From an uncultured Elusimicrobia bacterium (GTDB lineage Bacteria > Elusimicrobiota > Elusimicrobia > Elusimicrobiales > UBA9959): a DNA stretch of 64,000 bases. Positions 48,867 through 57,245 of the stretch are shown here, piece by piece. The notes below the pieces were generated by a model. That model was not told the origin of the DNA, did not search any database, and saw only the letters and a program-made list of their open reading frames with translations. How positions within the stretch are numbered: the stretch's first letter is position 1; each line of letters opens with the position of its first letter. Location: assembly GCA_903879915.1 (NCBI GenBank), contig CAIRNJ010000026.1:21433-85432 (forward strand), read 5' to 3'. The translations under genes were made by a program, and so were the position numbers.

Positions 48867-49049
48867 ATGAAAGCAGTAATAGACGCGAACTCCTGCATCG
48901 GCTGCGGCCTGTGCGCCAGTGACTGCCCGGAAGTTTTCGAGATGCCCGCCGATAAGGCCATTGTGAAAGGCCCCGTGCCCGCCGGCAAGGAAGACGCCTG
49001 CAAGACCGCGGCCGCCAACTGCCCGGTGCAGTGCATTAAGTGCGAGTAA
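48867..49049 (+). CDS. small single-cluster ferredoxin
   Basis: 60 aa with CIGCGLCASDCP plus a distal C..CP. SD GGAGG lies 7 nt upstream. Confidence 0.85.
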   Translation: MKAVIDANSCIGCGLCASDCPEVFEMPADKAIVKGPVPAGKEDACKTAAANCPVQCIKCE

Positions 49050-49145
49050 AACACGGTTGAACAAGACGTCCGCCGGGGCGGACGCACAGGCCCGCCTGGG
49101 TTTCTCAAAAGGAAGACAGGCGGGCCATTGTTTTATTCAACGGCT

Positions 49146-50090
49146 ATGATAGAAAAAGACTTCAACACCGCGAAGATGGGCGTGGTAAAGCTGTCGGTGG
49201 CTTCCAACAGCGCCCTGGTGGTATTCAAGCTCATCGTCGGGCTGGCGATAGGCTCGGTTTCCGTGCTCTCGGAGGCCATCCATTCCGGCATAGACCTTGT
49301 AGCCGCGATGATAGCCTACTTCGCGGTACGGTCTTCGGCCCAGCCGGCCGATAAGGACCATCATTACGGCCACGGCAAATTCGAGAACATTTCGGGTTTC
49401 GTGGAAGCAATCCTGATCTTCCTCGCCGCGGCGTGGATCATCTACGAGGCGGTAAAGAAGTTCGTCGATCCTCAGCCCATCGAAATGATCGGCTGGGGCA
49501 TCCTGGTGATGGGGCTGTCCTCGTTCGTCAATATGGCGGTCTCGCACATGCTTTTCAAGGTGGGTAATGAGACCGACTCCATCGCGATAAAGGCCGACGC
49601 CTGGCATCTGCGCACCGACGTCTATACCTCCATGGGCGTAATGACGGGCCTCGGGCTGATCTGGCTTATAGAACTGCTCTGGGTCGGGCACCACGTTCAC
49701 TGGATAGACCCGCTGGCGGCCATCATAGTGGCGCTGATGATAATAAAAGCGGCCTACGACCTCACCGTGCAGTCGCTGGGCGACCTGCTGGACGCCTCGC
49801 TGCCGGAGAACGACAATGTTAAAATAGCTGAGCTGATAAAGAAACAGCCCGGCGTTATCAGCTTCAAGAGCCTGTGCACCCGCAAGGCGGGCCACACGAA
49901 ATTCATAGAGTTCGACATCATAGTCGACGCCGGCATGTCGGTGGAACAGGCCCATAACCTTACGGATTATATAACCGGCGACATAGAAAAAGTGCTGGCG
50001 CATTCCAAGGTCACGATACACATCGAGCCCTGCGCCAGCAAGTGTCCGGAAGAATGCCTCCCTAATTGCTGCATCCCTAAGAAAGTTTAA
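49146..50090 (+). CDS. cation diffusion facilitator transporter (CzcD/FieF-like)
   Basis: SEAIHSGIDL and HLRTDV metal-site motifs, 6 TM segments and a C-terminal cytoplasmic domain. TTG 49128 is an alternative start. Confidence 0.85.
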   Translation: MIEKDFNTAKMGVVKLSVASNSALVVFKLIVGLAIGSVSVLSEAIHSGIDLVAAMIAYFAVRSSAQPADKDHHYGHGKFENISGFVEAILIFLAAAWIIYEAVKKFVDPQPIEMIGWGILVMGLSSFVNMAVSHMLFKVGNETDSIAIKADAWHLRTDVYTSMGVMTGLGLIWLIELLWVGHHVHWIDPLAAIIVALMIIKAAYDLTVQSLGDLLDASLPENDNVKIAELIKKQPGVISFKSLCTRKAGHTKFIEFDIIVDAGMSVEQAHNLTDYITGDIEKVLAHSKVTIHIEPCASKCPEECLPNCCIPKKV

Positions 50091-50110
50091 CCGGGGCCGA
50101 CAGATAGAAA

Positions 50111-50143
50111 GGCGGACAGCTTTCAGTGCTGTCCGCCTTTTTT
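50111..50143. terminator. bidirectional rho-independent terminator
   Basis: GGCGGACAGC (50111-50120) / GCTGTCCGCC (50128-50137), 7-nt loop, then T6 (50138-50143), with an A-rich left flank. It sits between the convergent CDF and MFS genes. Confidence 0.75.
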
Positions 50144-50161
50144 ACGTCCTGCCGCTTTTCG

Positions 50162-51655
50162 TCAGGCCGGCTTTGTTTCCGCGTCCTTTATCGGGAGGCG
50201 GAAGATCACCAGTATGCCCGGTATGGTCAGCACGCAGACCGCCAGGAAGAAATGGCGGTAGCCCACCATTGTCTGAAGCCAGCCGCTTATCATTCCCGGC
50301 ACCATCATGCCCAGCGCCATGATCCCGGTGGAGATAGCGTAGTGCGCCGTCTTGAACTTGCCCTTGCAGACCATTATAAGGTACATGGTGAATATCGTGA
50401 ACCCTATCCCGTAGCCGAACTGCTCGGCGGCTACCAGCAGCGGTACGGGGCCCCAGGGCAGGCTGTGCCCTAACAGCGTTACCTGGGTCAGGGCGGGCTG
50501 GGCATAGGACATATAAAGATAGAACACGTCCGGCACGTGCAGCGCGAACACCATCGGCCAGAGGCAGCGCCGGAAGCCGTATTTAGAGACGAACCAGCCG
50601 CCGAGTATACCCCCGGTTATCAGGGCTATCATGCCTATGGTCCCGTAGATTATGCCGACCTCGGCGGTGGGGATGCCGAGGCCGCCTTTGCCCACCGCGT
50701 CGAGCAGGAACGGGGAGGTGAGCTTTATCAGCATCGCTTCCGCGAAGCGGTACAGCAGTATGAACGCCACGATATAGCCTATCCCGTCCTGGGTGAAATA
50801 GGTGATAAAGGCCTCGTTGAAAGAGTTCCCCTCCCGGGCCATTTTCGCCTTGAGGAAAGGGAACAGGTACTGGTGGCAGAGGAAGACCAACGCGGCGGTG
50901 AGCAGCGCGGCGGCGGCGAGCCTTGTCCACATGCCGGTAAGCCCGTAGGTGAACAGCCAGATAAGTACGCCCGCGGCGGCCAGGTAGCCGGCCAGCGTGC
51001 CGACGGAGCGCAGTATCGCCCCTGTCTCGGCCTTGGCCTTGGGCACGTCCTCGGCAGGGTAAGGCAGAAAGAACCTGTGGTAAAGGAAGAAGACCAGGAA
51101 CAGCAGCGCGGAGATCGTCAGCATCAGGCTCCAACTGCCGGGCACGTCTCCCGTGACCTCCTGCATTTTCCCGGCTTGGTAGACCAGGAAGCCGGTGCCG
51201 AAGATCATGGCGAACCGGTAGAACATGGAGCGGATGCCGACGAAGAAAGCCTGGTCCTCGTCGGTGAGGGCCAGCATGTAGAAGCCGTCCACGGCTATGT
51301 CGTGCGTCGCCGAGACGAAGGCCCCGGCGGCGAAAGCCACCAGCGAAACCGCGAAGAAATGGTGCCCGGTAAGCGAAACGGCCGCCGCCGCCAGGCAGCA
51401 GGCCAGTATCAGCTGGGTGTACACCACCCAACTGCGGCGGGTGGAGTACATGTCAACCATCGGCCCCCAGAGCATCTTCAGGAACCAGGGCAGGTACAGC
51501 CAGCTGGTCCAGAAGGCCATCTCGGCGTTGGACACGCCCATGTTCTTGTAGATGATGACGGAGACCGAATTGATGAGGATGTAGGGCAGGCCTTCGGCGA
51601 AGTAGGTAGTGGGCACGAATAGCCAGGCGTTGCGTCGTTCCGCTTTGGGGATCAT
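50162..51655 (-). CDS. MFS transporter, AmpG/PAT-family-like
   Basis: 497 aa with about 12-14 TM segments. The N-terminal YFAEGLPYILIN...LPWFLKMLWGPMVD pattern is typical of AmpG-type permeases. Confidence 0.7.
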   Translation of the reverse strand: MIPKAERRNAWLFVPTTYFAEGLPYILINSVSVIIYKNMGVSNAEMAFWTSWLYLPWFLKMLWGPMVDMYSTRRSWVVYTQLILACCLAAAAVSLTGHHFFAVSLVAFAAGAFVSATHDIAVDGFYMLALTDEDQAFFVGIRSMFYRFAMIFGTGFLVYQAGKMQEVTGDVPGSWSLMLTISALLFLVFFLYHRFFLPYPAEDVPKAKAETGAILRSVGTLAGYLAAAGVLIWLFTYGLTGMWTRLAAAALLTAALVFLCHQYLFPFLKAKMAREGNSFNEAFITYFTQDGIGYIVAFILLYRFAEAMLIKLTSPFLLDAVGKGGLGIPTAEVGIIYGTIGMIALITGGILGGWFVSKYGFRRCLWPMVFALHVPDVFYLYMSYAQPALTQVTLLGHSLPWGPVPLLVAAEQFGYGIGFTIFTMYLIMVCKGKFKTAHYAISTGIMALGMMVPGMISGWLQTMVGYRHFFLAVCVLTIPGILVIFRLPIKDAETKPA

Positions 51656-51753
51656 GTTATCTCCGTTGCTGCTGACGGTAAGTTCACTATAATAGTATTA
51701 AATTACCGCCCCCGATTGGAATTTATCCCGTTGAAGGCGGGCGGGCCGCATTT

Positions 51754-51762
51754 TGCTAGAAT
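51754..51762 (+). promoter_or_regulatory. extended -10 (TGcTAGAAT) upstream of the YidE/YbjL-like gene
   Basis: Read from the sequence, 26 nt upstream of ATG 51788. SD CAGGAGAAC follows it. Confidence 0.4.
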
Positions 51763-51787
51763 AATATCGCAGCTTCCAGGAGAACCT

Positions 51788-53443
51788 ATGGACCTTCTTT
51801 CCACGCTTTTCTCCCCGCAGTCGGTGGCCTGGTCGGTGTTCGTCATCATGCTGGTGGCGGCCGCGGGCCTCGCTCTCGGCAACCTGAGGCTTTTCGGCAT
51901 AAACCTCGGCATCGCCGGCGTGCTGTTCTCCGGCATCCTGTTCGGCCATTTCGGCCTGGACATCAATCACGAAACGCTGGAGTTCCTGCGCGATTTCGGC
52001 CTGATACTTTTCGTTTATTCCATCGGCACGCAGGTGGGGCCGGGGTTCTTCTCCTCTTTCCGCAAGGAAGGCATACGCCTGAACCTGCTGGCGGCCGCCG
52101 TGGTGCTGGGCGGCGTGGCCCTTACGCTGCTCGTCAGCAGGCTGGCCGGGTTCGATATCGCCACCGCGGCAGGCATGTATTCCGGGGCGGTCACAAATAC
52201 GCCTTCGCTGGCCGCGGCGCAGCAGGCGCTGGGCGCCCTTGGTCCCGAAGCCGCCAATAACGCCTCGGTAGGCTACGCGCTGGCCTATCCCGGCGCTATA
52301 ATGGGCATTATCCTGACCATGCTTTTAATAAAACGCGTTTTCAGGACGCAGGCCGCGCAGGATATGCTGCAGGTGCAGGGCGATAAAGCCGCGGCCGGCT
52401 TCGTGAACGTCAGTATAACGGTGGAAAACAAGAACCTGGAAGGCCTGATGATCCGGGATATCCCGGCCATCAAGGAGCTCGGAGTGGTGGTCTCGCGGCT
52501 CTTTCACGGCGGTCTCATGGCTGTGGCCCACGACGATACCGTTATCCATGCCGGCGACGTGCTGCTGGCGGTGGGTACCGAGGAGCATGTGCGGAAGTTT
52601 ATGCTGGTGGTGGGCTCGAAGAGCGCCATGGACCTTAAGAAGCTGCCCAGCCGGATCATCCACTCCCGCGTCATAGTTACCCATAAAGAAGTGATAGGCA
52701 AAACGCTGGAAGAACTTAATCTTGAAGCGCAGTACGACGTGGCGGCCACCCGCGTGGCGCGCGCGGACGTGGAATTCCTCGTGTCGGATTCCTATGTGCT
52801 GCAGTTCGCGGACAACCTGGTGATAGTGGGCGAGGAGGCCGCAGTGGCGAAGGCCGCGGCCATGCTCGGCAATTCCCCGAAGGACCTGAACCACCCGCAG
52901 CTGCTCCCCGCGTTCATCGGCATAGCGGCCGGCGTGCTTCTGGGATCACTGCCTATCGCTATCCCGGGGCTTTCCACCCCGGTGCGGCTCGGGCTGGCCG
53001 GAGGGCCGCTTATCGTGGCAATAGTGCTCAGCTACGTCCAGCACATAGGCCCGCTTAACTGGTATCTGCCTCCCGCCGGCAACCTGATGCTGCGCGAGCT
53101 CGGGATAACGCTTTTCCTGTCCTGCGTGGGGCTGAAGGCGGGCGGCCGGTTCTTCGAGACGCTTTTGAACGGCAGCGGTATGTATATCGTCCTGTTCTCG
53201 TTTATGATAACCGTGCTGCCGATACTGATCATCGGCGTCTTCGCCAAGGCGAAGCTGAAGCTCAACTACATGTCCCTCTGCGGCGCGCTGGCCGGTTCCA
53301 TGACCGATCCCCCGGCGCTGGCCTTCGCCAACGCCATGGCGCCTTCCAATCTTTCCGCTATGTCCTACGCCACGGTCTACCCGCTGGTGATGATCCTGCG
53401 CGTGATCTCCGCGCAGCTGATGGTGCTATTTTTTATGAAGTGA
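51788..53443 (+). CDS. YidE/YbjL (AspT) family transporter with two central TrkA-C domains
   Basis: 551 codons from ATG 51788. Duplicated membrane halves (GIAGVLFSGILFGHF / LGLAGGPLIVAIVL) flank a soluble region. Confidence 0.8.
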   Translation: MDLLSTLFSPQSVAWSVFVIMLVAAAGLALGNLRLFGINLGIAGVLFSGILFGHFGLDINHETLEFLRDFGLILFVYSIGTQVGPGFFSSFRKEGIRLNLLAAAVVLGGVALTLLVSRLAGFDIATAAGMYSGAVTNTPSLAAAQQALGALGPEAANNASVGYALAYPGAIMGIILTMLLIKRVFRTQAAQDMLQVQGDKAAAGFVNVSITVENKNLEGLMIRDIPAIKELGVVVSRLFHGGLMAVAHDDTVIHAGDVLLAVGTEEHVRKFMLVVGSKSAMDLKKLPSRIIHSRVIVTHKEVIGKTLEELNLEAQYDVAATRVARADVEFLVSDSYVLQFADNLVIVGEEAAVAKAAAMLGNSPKDLNHPQLLPAFIGIAAGVLLGSLPIAIPGLSTPVRLGLAGGPLIVAIVLSYVQHIGPLNWYLPPAGNLMLRELGITLFLSCVGLKAGGRFFETLLNGSGMYIVLFSFMITVLPILIIGVFAKAKLKLNYMSLCGALAGSMTDPPALAFANAMAPSNLSAMSYATVYPLVMILRVISAQLMVLFFMK

Positions 53444-53491
53444 AGACCCGCCCGCGTTCTTCGCGGCCCGGGAGATCCCGTGTCGGGCAGC

Positions 53492-54211
53492 TCACTGCTG
53501 CGCGGCTCGAGTATGCGGGCCTTTTATCCTTATCTGGGGCGCTTTCTGGTCCAGGTCCGTTATTCTGGCCCTCACCCCGGGCATCTGCGCCGCGGCCGCG
53601 CTGATCATCAGCGAATTGGAGGCGTAGTCGGCGGCGATGGTCAGCCGTTTTTTTTCTTCGGGAGTAAGCAGCGCTTCCAGCGCGGCTTTAATATCAGCGG
53701 CCGGCCTGTTCTTCAGCGCGACCTTCTCTACCACGAGCGGCATTTCGCTTCCAGGCATCACTTCTATGACGCCGCCGCCGCGCTGTACGGCCACCAGGTC
53801 CAGTTTCTCCAGGAGTATGCGGAAACCTTCGTCGAAAGGCACCTGCCGCAAGGACAGTGTAACGTTCCCTTTCACGCCCGGAGAGGGAGCGATGTTCAAT
53901 TTCCGCCGTGAGGCGATGATCTTTAAAACGAGCAGAATGTCGGTACCGGTGAAGTTGAAGTCGGCGAGCTCGCCGCTCGGCGGCCCGGCCGGTGTCCCCG
54001 GCCGCACGTTCGCGTCCGGCGCGGCGGCGGGCGGGGCCTGCGGCTTCGCCGCTTCGGGCGGTTCTGCCGCTGCCTGCGCCGTGGCAGGGTCCGGCAGTTC
54101 TATCATCAGCAGCTCTTCGGCCGTCGCCGCGCCCGCGGACAGCAGGCACAGCGCGGAGGCCAGAAGCGCGCGCGCCGTCGGCTTCAGGTTATTTCGGGAT
54201 ATTAAGCTCAA
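53492..54211 (-). CDS. secretin N-terminal-domain-only protein (STN/N0 plus Secretin_N-like, no beta-barrel domain)
   Basis: 239 aa with a TTG start and signal peptide ..LLSAGAATA, followed by a Pro/Ala-rich linker. The N0-like block is FNFTGTDILLVLKIIA..NIAPSPGVKGNVTLSLRQVPFDEGFRILL and the N1-like block is VALKNRPAADIKAALEALL..IAADYASNSLMISA..ITDLD. It ends where a secretin domain would begin. Confidence 0.6.
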   Translation of the reverse strand: MSLISRNNLKPTARALLASALCLLSAGAATAEELLMIELPDPATAQAAAEPPEAAKPQAPPAAAPDANVRPGTPAGPPSGELADFNFTGTDILLVLKIIASRRKLNIAPSPGVKGNVTLSLRQVPFDEGFRILLEKLDLVAVQRGGGVIEVMPGSEMPLVVEKVALKNRPAADIKAALEALLTPEEKKRLTIAADYASNSLMISAAAAQMPGVRARITDLDQKAPQIRIKGPHTRAAQQ

Positions 54212-54241
54212 GGTTTTTGTCTCCGCCGCATTTTATGGATA

Positions 54242-55498
54242 TTATATACGATTAGGCGGCGCGCCGGGTGACTGCCGGGGCGCCGCAGGGTGCTGGTCGG
54301 TCAGCCGGGTGTCGATTATCCATTTCGTGAACGGGAAGCTGCCGGTGAACGCGGGGCTGACGGCGTTAAGGATATGCGTGCTGTTCTTGTCCCCCTCCAC
54401 CACGAAATCCTGCACCAGTTCCAGGGTCCTGGTATTAAGCAGCTGCGCCCGTATGCCGGGGCGGGTCCATTCGTCAAATCCGGCGGGATCTATCCTGTGC
54501 ACCAGTTCCCGTCCCAGCCCCACGAAAAAAGGTTTGTAATACTTGCGCATCTCTTCCCAGGCCAGGCTCCTGAAGCCGAACGCGTTGGTGAGGAAAAGCA
54601 GGGCCTCGTAGGCCGCCGTTTGCGCTAATTCTCCGGCCCGGAAATTATCCAGCCCTTCATAGTTCTCGCGCCAGAAAGCCGGAATGGCCGTCGGGCCCAG
54701 CTTAACGTGCCCGTCGACGGTAACAGTGTAGTGAACGCCCAGGAAAGGGTTCTTCAGGTTCGGGACGGGATAGACGTTGACTTTCAGCGGGGCCGGAACG
54801 CCCGAATATTTCAGATAGATGCCCTTGAACGGAATTATGACGTAATTCTTCGAGAACCCGAAATCCCTGGCGAGCTGGTCCGCGTAAAGCCCGGCGGCGT
54901 TTATGATATGCCCCGCTTGTATAAGGCGGCCTTTGTCGGTCCTTACGGCGTTGCCTCCGGCCGAGCTTGCATAGCCTTCTCCGAACAGGAGTTCCGCCCC
55001 GGCGCTCAAAAGCTGTTCTTTGAGGCGGGCGCACACCGCCGCGGGGTCGACGGTGGCTGTTGTCGGGGAATACAGCGCTTCCCGGAAGGTGCGGGCGTTA
55101 GGCTCTATCTCCGCGAGTTCGCGTTCGGTTATCAGCCGCACTTCAACGCCGTTGGCCCTGCCGCGCCGTTCGAGTTCGTAAAGGGCCGGCAGTTCGTCCG
55201 CGCCGCGGGCCACCACCACCTTCCCGCATTCATTGAGCGCCAGGCCGTTGGCCCGGCAGTATTTTTTCAGCGTCAGGTTCCCGTCGCGCGTGAACCGCGC
55301 CTTCAGCGAGTCCGCGCTGTAGTAAAAACCCGAGTGCAGTACGCCGCTGTTCCTGCCGCTGCCGTGGCGGGCGACGTCGGGCTCCTTTTCGAGCAGCAGG
55401 ACCTTTTTGCCCGGGAATTTTTCCAGCAGCTGACGGGCGAGCGTAAGCCCTATTATGCCGGCGCCGATTATGAGATAATCCGTTTTTTCAGTTCGCAT
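54242..55498 (-). CDS. FAD-dependent oxidoreductase (L-2-hydroxyglutarate oxidase LhgO-like)
   Basis: 418 aa with DYLIIGAGIIGLTLA dinucleotide fold and GSGRNSGVLHSGFYY. The start overlaps the upstream ABC gene by 11 nt. Confidence 0.75.
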   Translation of the reverse strand: MRTEKTDYLIIGAGIIGLTLARQLLEKFPGKKVLLLEKEPDVARHGSGRNSGVLHSGFYYSADSLKARFTRDGNLTLKKYCRANGLALNECGKVVVARGADELPALYELERRGRANGVEVRLITERELAEIEPNARTFREALYSPTTATVDPAAVCARLKEQLLSAGAELLFGEGYASSAGGNAVRTDKGRLIQAGHIINAAGLYADQLARDFGFSKNYVIIPFKGIYLKYSGVPAPLKVNVYPVPNLKNPFLGVHYTVTVDGHVKLGPTAIPAFWRENYEGLDNFRAGELAQTAAYEALLFLTNAFGFRSLAWEEMRKYYKPFFVGLGRELVHRIDPAGFDEWTRPGIRAQLLNTRTLELVQDFVVEGDKNSTHILNAVSPAFTGSFPFTKWIIDTRLTDQHPAAPRQSPGAPPNRI

Positions 55499-57245
55499 TC
55501 CTGGCCCCCAGTTCTTCTTCGAGTTTCCTTCTTTCGTAAATATGCCTGTAAAGGCCGCCGGCGGCCATCAGTTCCCCGTGCGTTCCTTTTTCCGCCAGCC
55601 GGCCTTCGTCCATGGTCAGGATGTAATCGGCGTGCTCTATGGTCTTGATGCGGTGCGTGACTATCAGGCAGATGGCGTCCGGCAGTTCCGTCCTGAACGC
55701 CTTCCAGAAATCCTCTTCGGTCTGCGCGTCCATCGCGCTGGTAGCGTCGTCGAACAGCAGCAGGTCCGGGCGGGCGAGTATGGCCCTCGCTATCGCCACG
55801 CGCTGCCGCTGGCCGCCGGACAGCGCGAACCCGCGGGTCCCCACGCCGGTGTCCAGCCCTTTGGGCAGCTTATCCATGTCCGCGCTGAGCTGGGCTACCG
55901 AGACGGCGCGCCGCAGGGCTTCCTCCGGCAGGCCCTCCCGCCCGAGGGTGATATTGTTCTTTACTGTGTCGCTGAGAATGAAAGGTTCCTGGGTCACCAG
56001 CCCCATGCGGCCGCGGAGCTGCTCGGGAGCGAAAGCCCTTATATCCTGCCCGTTGACGCGGACGCTCCCCGAGGAATACTCGGAAATGCGGGTCAGCAGG
56101 GAGAGCAGGCTGGTCTTTCCGGAACCTATCTTGCCTACCACGGCCACCAGCTCGCCGCGGCGGGCCTCGAACGTTATTTTCTTGAGCAGCAGCACGTCGT
56201 CCTTGTCTGTTCTGACCGAGACGTCGGCGGCCTCTATCTTTTCCAGGCGCTCCGGGACCGGGACCGGGAGTTCGGGCCTTTTTACCGCGCTGCGGGCCTG
56301 CAGCAGCTCGTCGACGCGCTTTATGGACGTGCCGGCGCGGGTGCCCGCCACGAAGAACTGGCTGATATCCATCAGCGGCATCATGATCATGCCCGAGTAG
56401 AAATAGAAGGCTATCAGGTCCCCCAGCGTGGCGCTGCCCCTTATCACCATCAGGCCGCCGGCCAGATACAGTATGGCCACCGACACGAAGTTGGCGTAAT
56501 GGAAGAAATACGAGAAGATCACGTCAAGGCGCGTCGAAGAGATCTCGGCCTCTTTCTGGGCCTCGGCCTTGACGGCGAAGAAAGCGCTCTGCGCGCCTTC
56601 CTTGGAGTTGGCCTTTATCAGCTTAATGCCGGTGAAGCAGGTCTCGATGAAGTCGTAGATGAAGGTTATGCTCTTCTGCAGCGCGTCGTAGCGCTCGTGC
56701 AGCTTCTTGCCGGTCTTTATTGAAGCCGCCAGTATGAAGGGCGCGGGCAGCAGCACCCAGAAGGTCAGCCAGCGGTTCAGCGTCACCATCATCGTCACGG
56801 CGGCGATGAGCGTGAAGACGGACTGTATGAAGCGGAACACGCCGGAGCAGGCGAACCAGGAGATCTTCTGCGAGATATCGTCGATCATCCTGGTCACCAG
56901 GTCGCCGGTGGTGTAGCGGTGGAAGAAACGCTGGTCCAGTTTTATGATGTGCTCGAACACTTCTTTGCGGAACTCCCACTCGAGGCGCATGTTCATGTAC
57001 GCCCGGTTGCGCTGCGCCACCACGCTCACCAGCGTGTTCAGCACTCCGACGCCAAGTATAAGGTAGATGCTGCGCCGCAGGAACTCGCGGCTTATCGCGC
57101 CGTTTAGCCCGTTGATTATCTGCTTGATCAGGTAAGGGTAGACGGCGCTGAGCGCGGCGCTGGTCATGCCCAGCAGTATAATGGCGAACATGCGGTACTT
57201 GTGCCGCCGCCAGTAAGGAAAAAGCCATTTCAGGGTGAAGATCAT
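55488..57245 (-). CDS. ABC exporter, fused TMD-NBD half transporter (MdlB/MsbA-like)
   Basis: 585 aa with an N-terminal 6-TM domain. Walker A GKIGSGKTS, signature LSGGQRQR, Walker B LLLFDDATS. Confidence 0.88.
   Translation of the reverse strand: MIFTLKWLFPYWRRHKYRMFAIILLGMTSAALSAVYPYLIKQIINGLNGAISREFLRRSIYLILGVGVLNTLVSVVAQRNRAYMNMRLEWEFRKEVFEHIIKLDQRFFHRYTTGDLVTRMIDDISQKISWFACSGVFRFIQSVFTLIAAVTMMVTLNRWLTFWVLLPAPFILAASIKTGKKLHERYDALQKSITFIYDFIETCFTGIKLIKANSKEGAQSAFFAVKAEAQKEAEISSTRLDVIFSYFFHYANFVSVAILYLAGGLMVIRGSATLGDLIAFYFYSGMIMMPLMDISQFFVAGTRAGTSIKRVDELLQARSAVKRPELPVPVPERLEKIEAADVSVRTDKDDVLLLKKITFEARRGELVAVVGKIGSGKTSLLSLLTRISEYSSGSVRVNGQDIRAFAPEQLRGRMGLVTQEPFILSDTVKNNITLGREGLPEEALRRAVSVAQLSADMDKLPKGLDTGVGTRGFALSGGQRQRVAIARAILARPDLLLFDDATSAMDAQTEEDFWKAFRTELPDAICLIVTHRIKTIEHADYILTMDEGRLAEKGTHGELMAAGGLYRHIYERRKLEEELGARNAN

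Noticed and set aside
49050-49145. NiCo (czcD-motif) riboswitch upstream of the CDF transporter gene. Two hairpins are present: GTCCGC/GCGGAC and GGCCCGCC/GGCGGGCC.
   Set aside because: Only two simple hairpins are visible. They are too short for the four-way-junction architecture, and I cannot confirm the conserved internal-loop nucleotides from memory. The first hairpin may simply terminate the ferredoxin gene.
53444-53491. Continuation of the secretin-like gene in another frame (frameshifted full-length secretin).
   Set aside because: Only 48 nt separate its stop from the convergent YidE-like gene. The minus-strand ORFs overlapping that gene (e.g. 53032-53265) show no secretin-like sequence.
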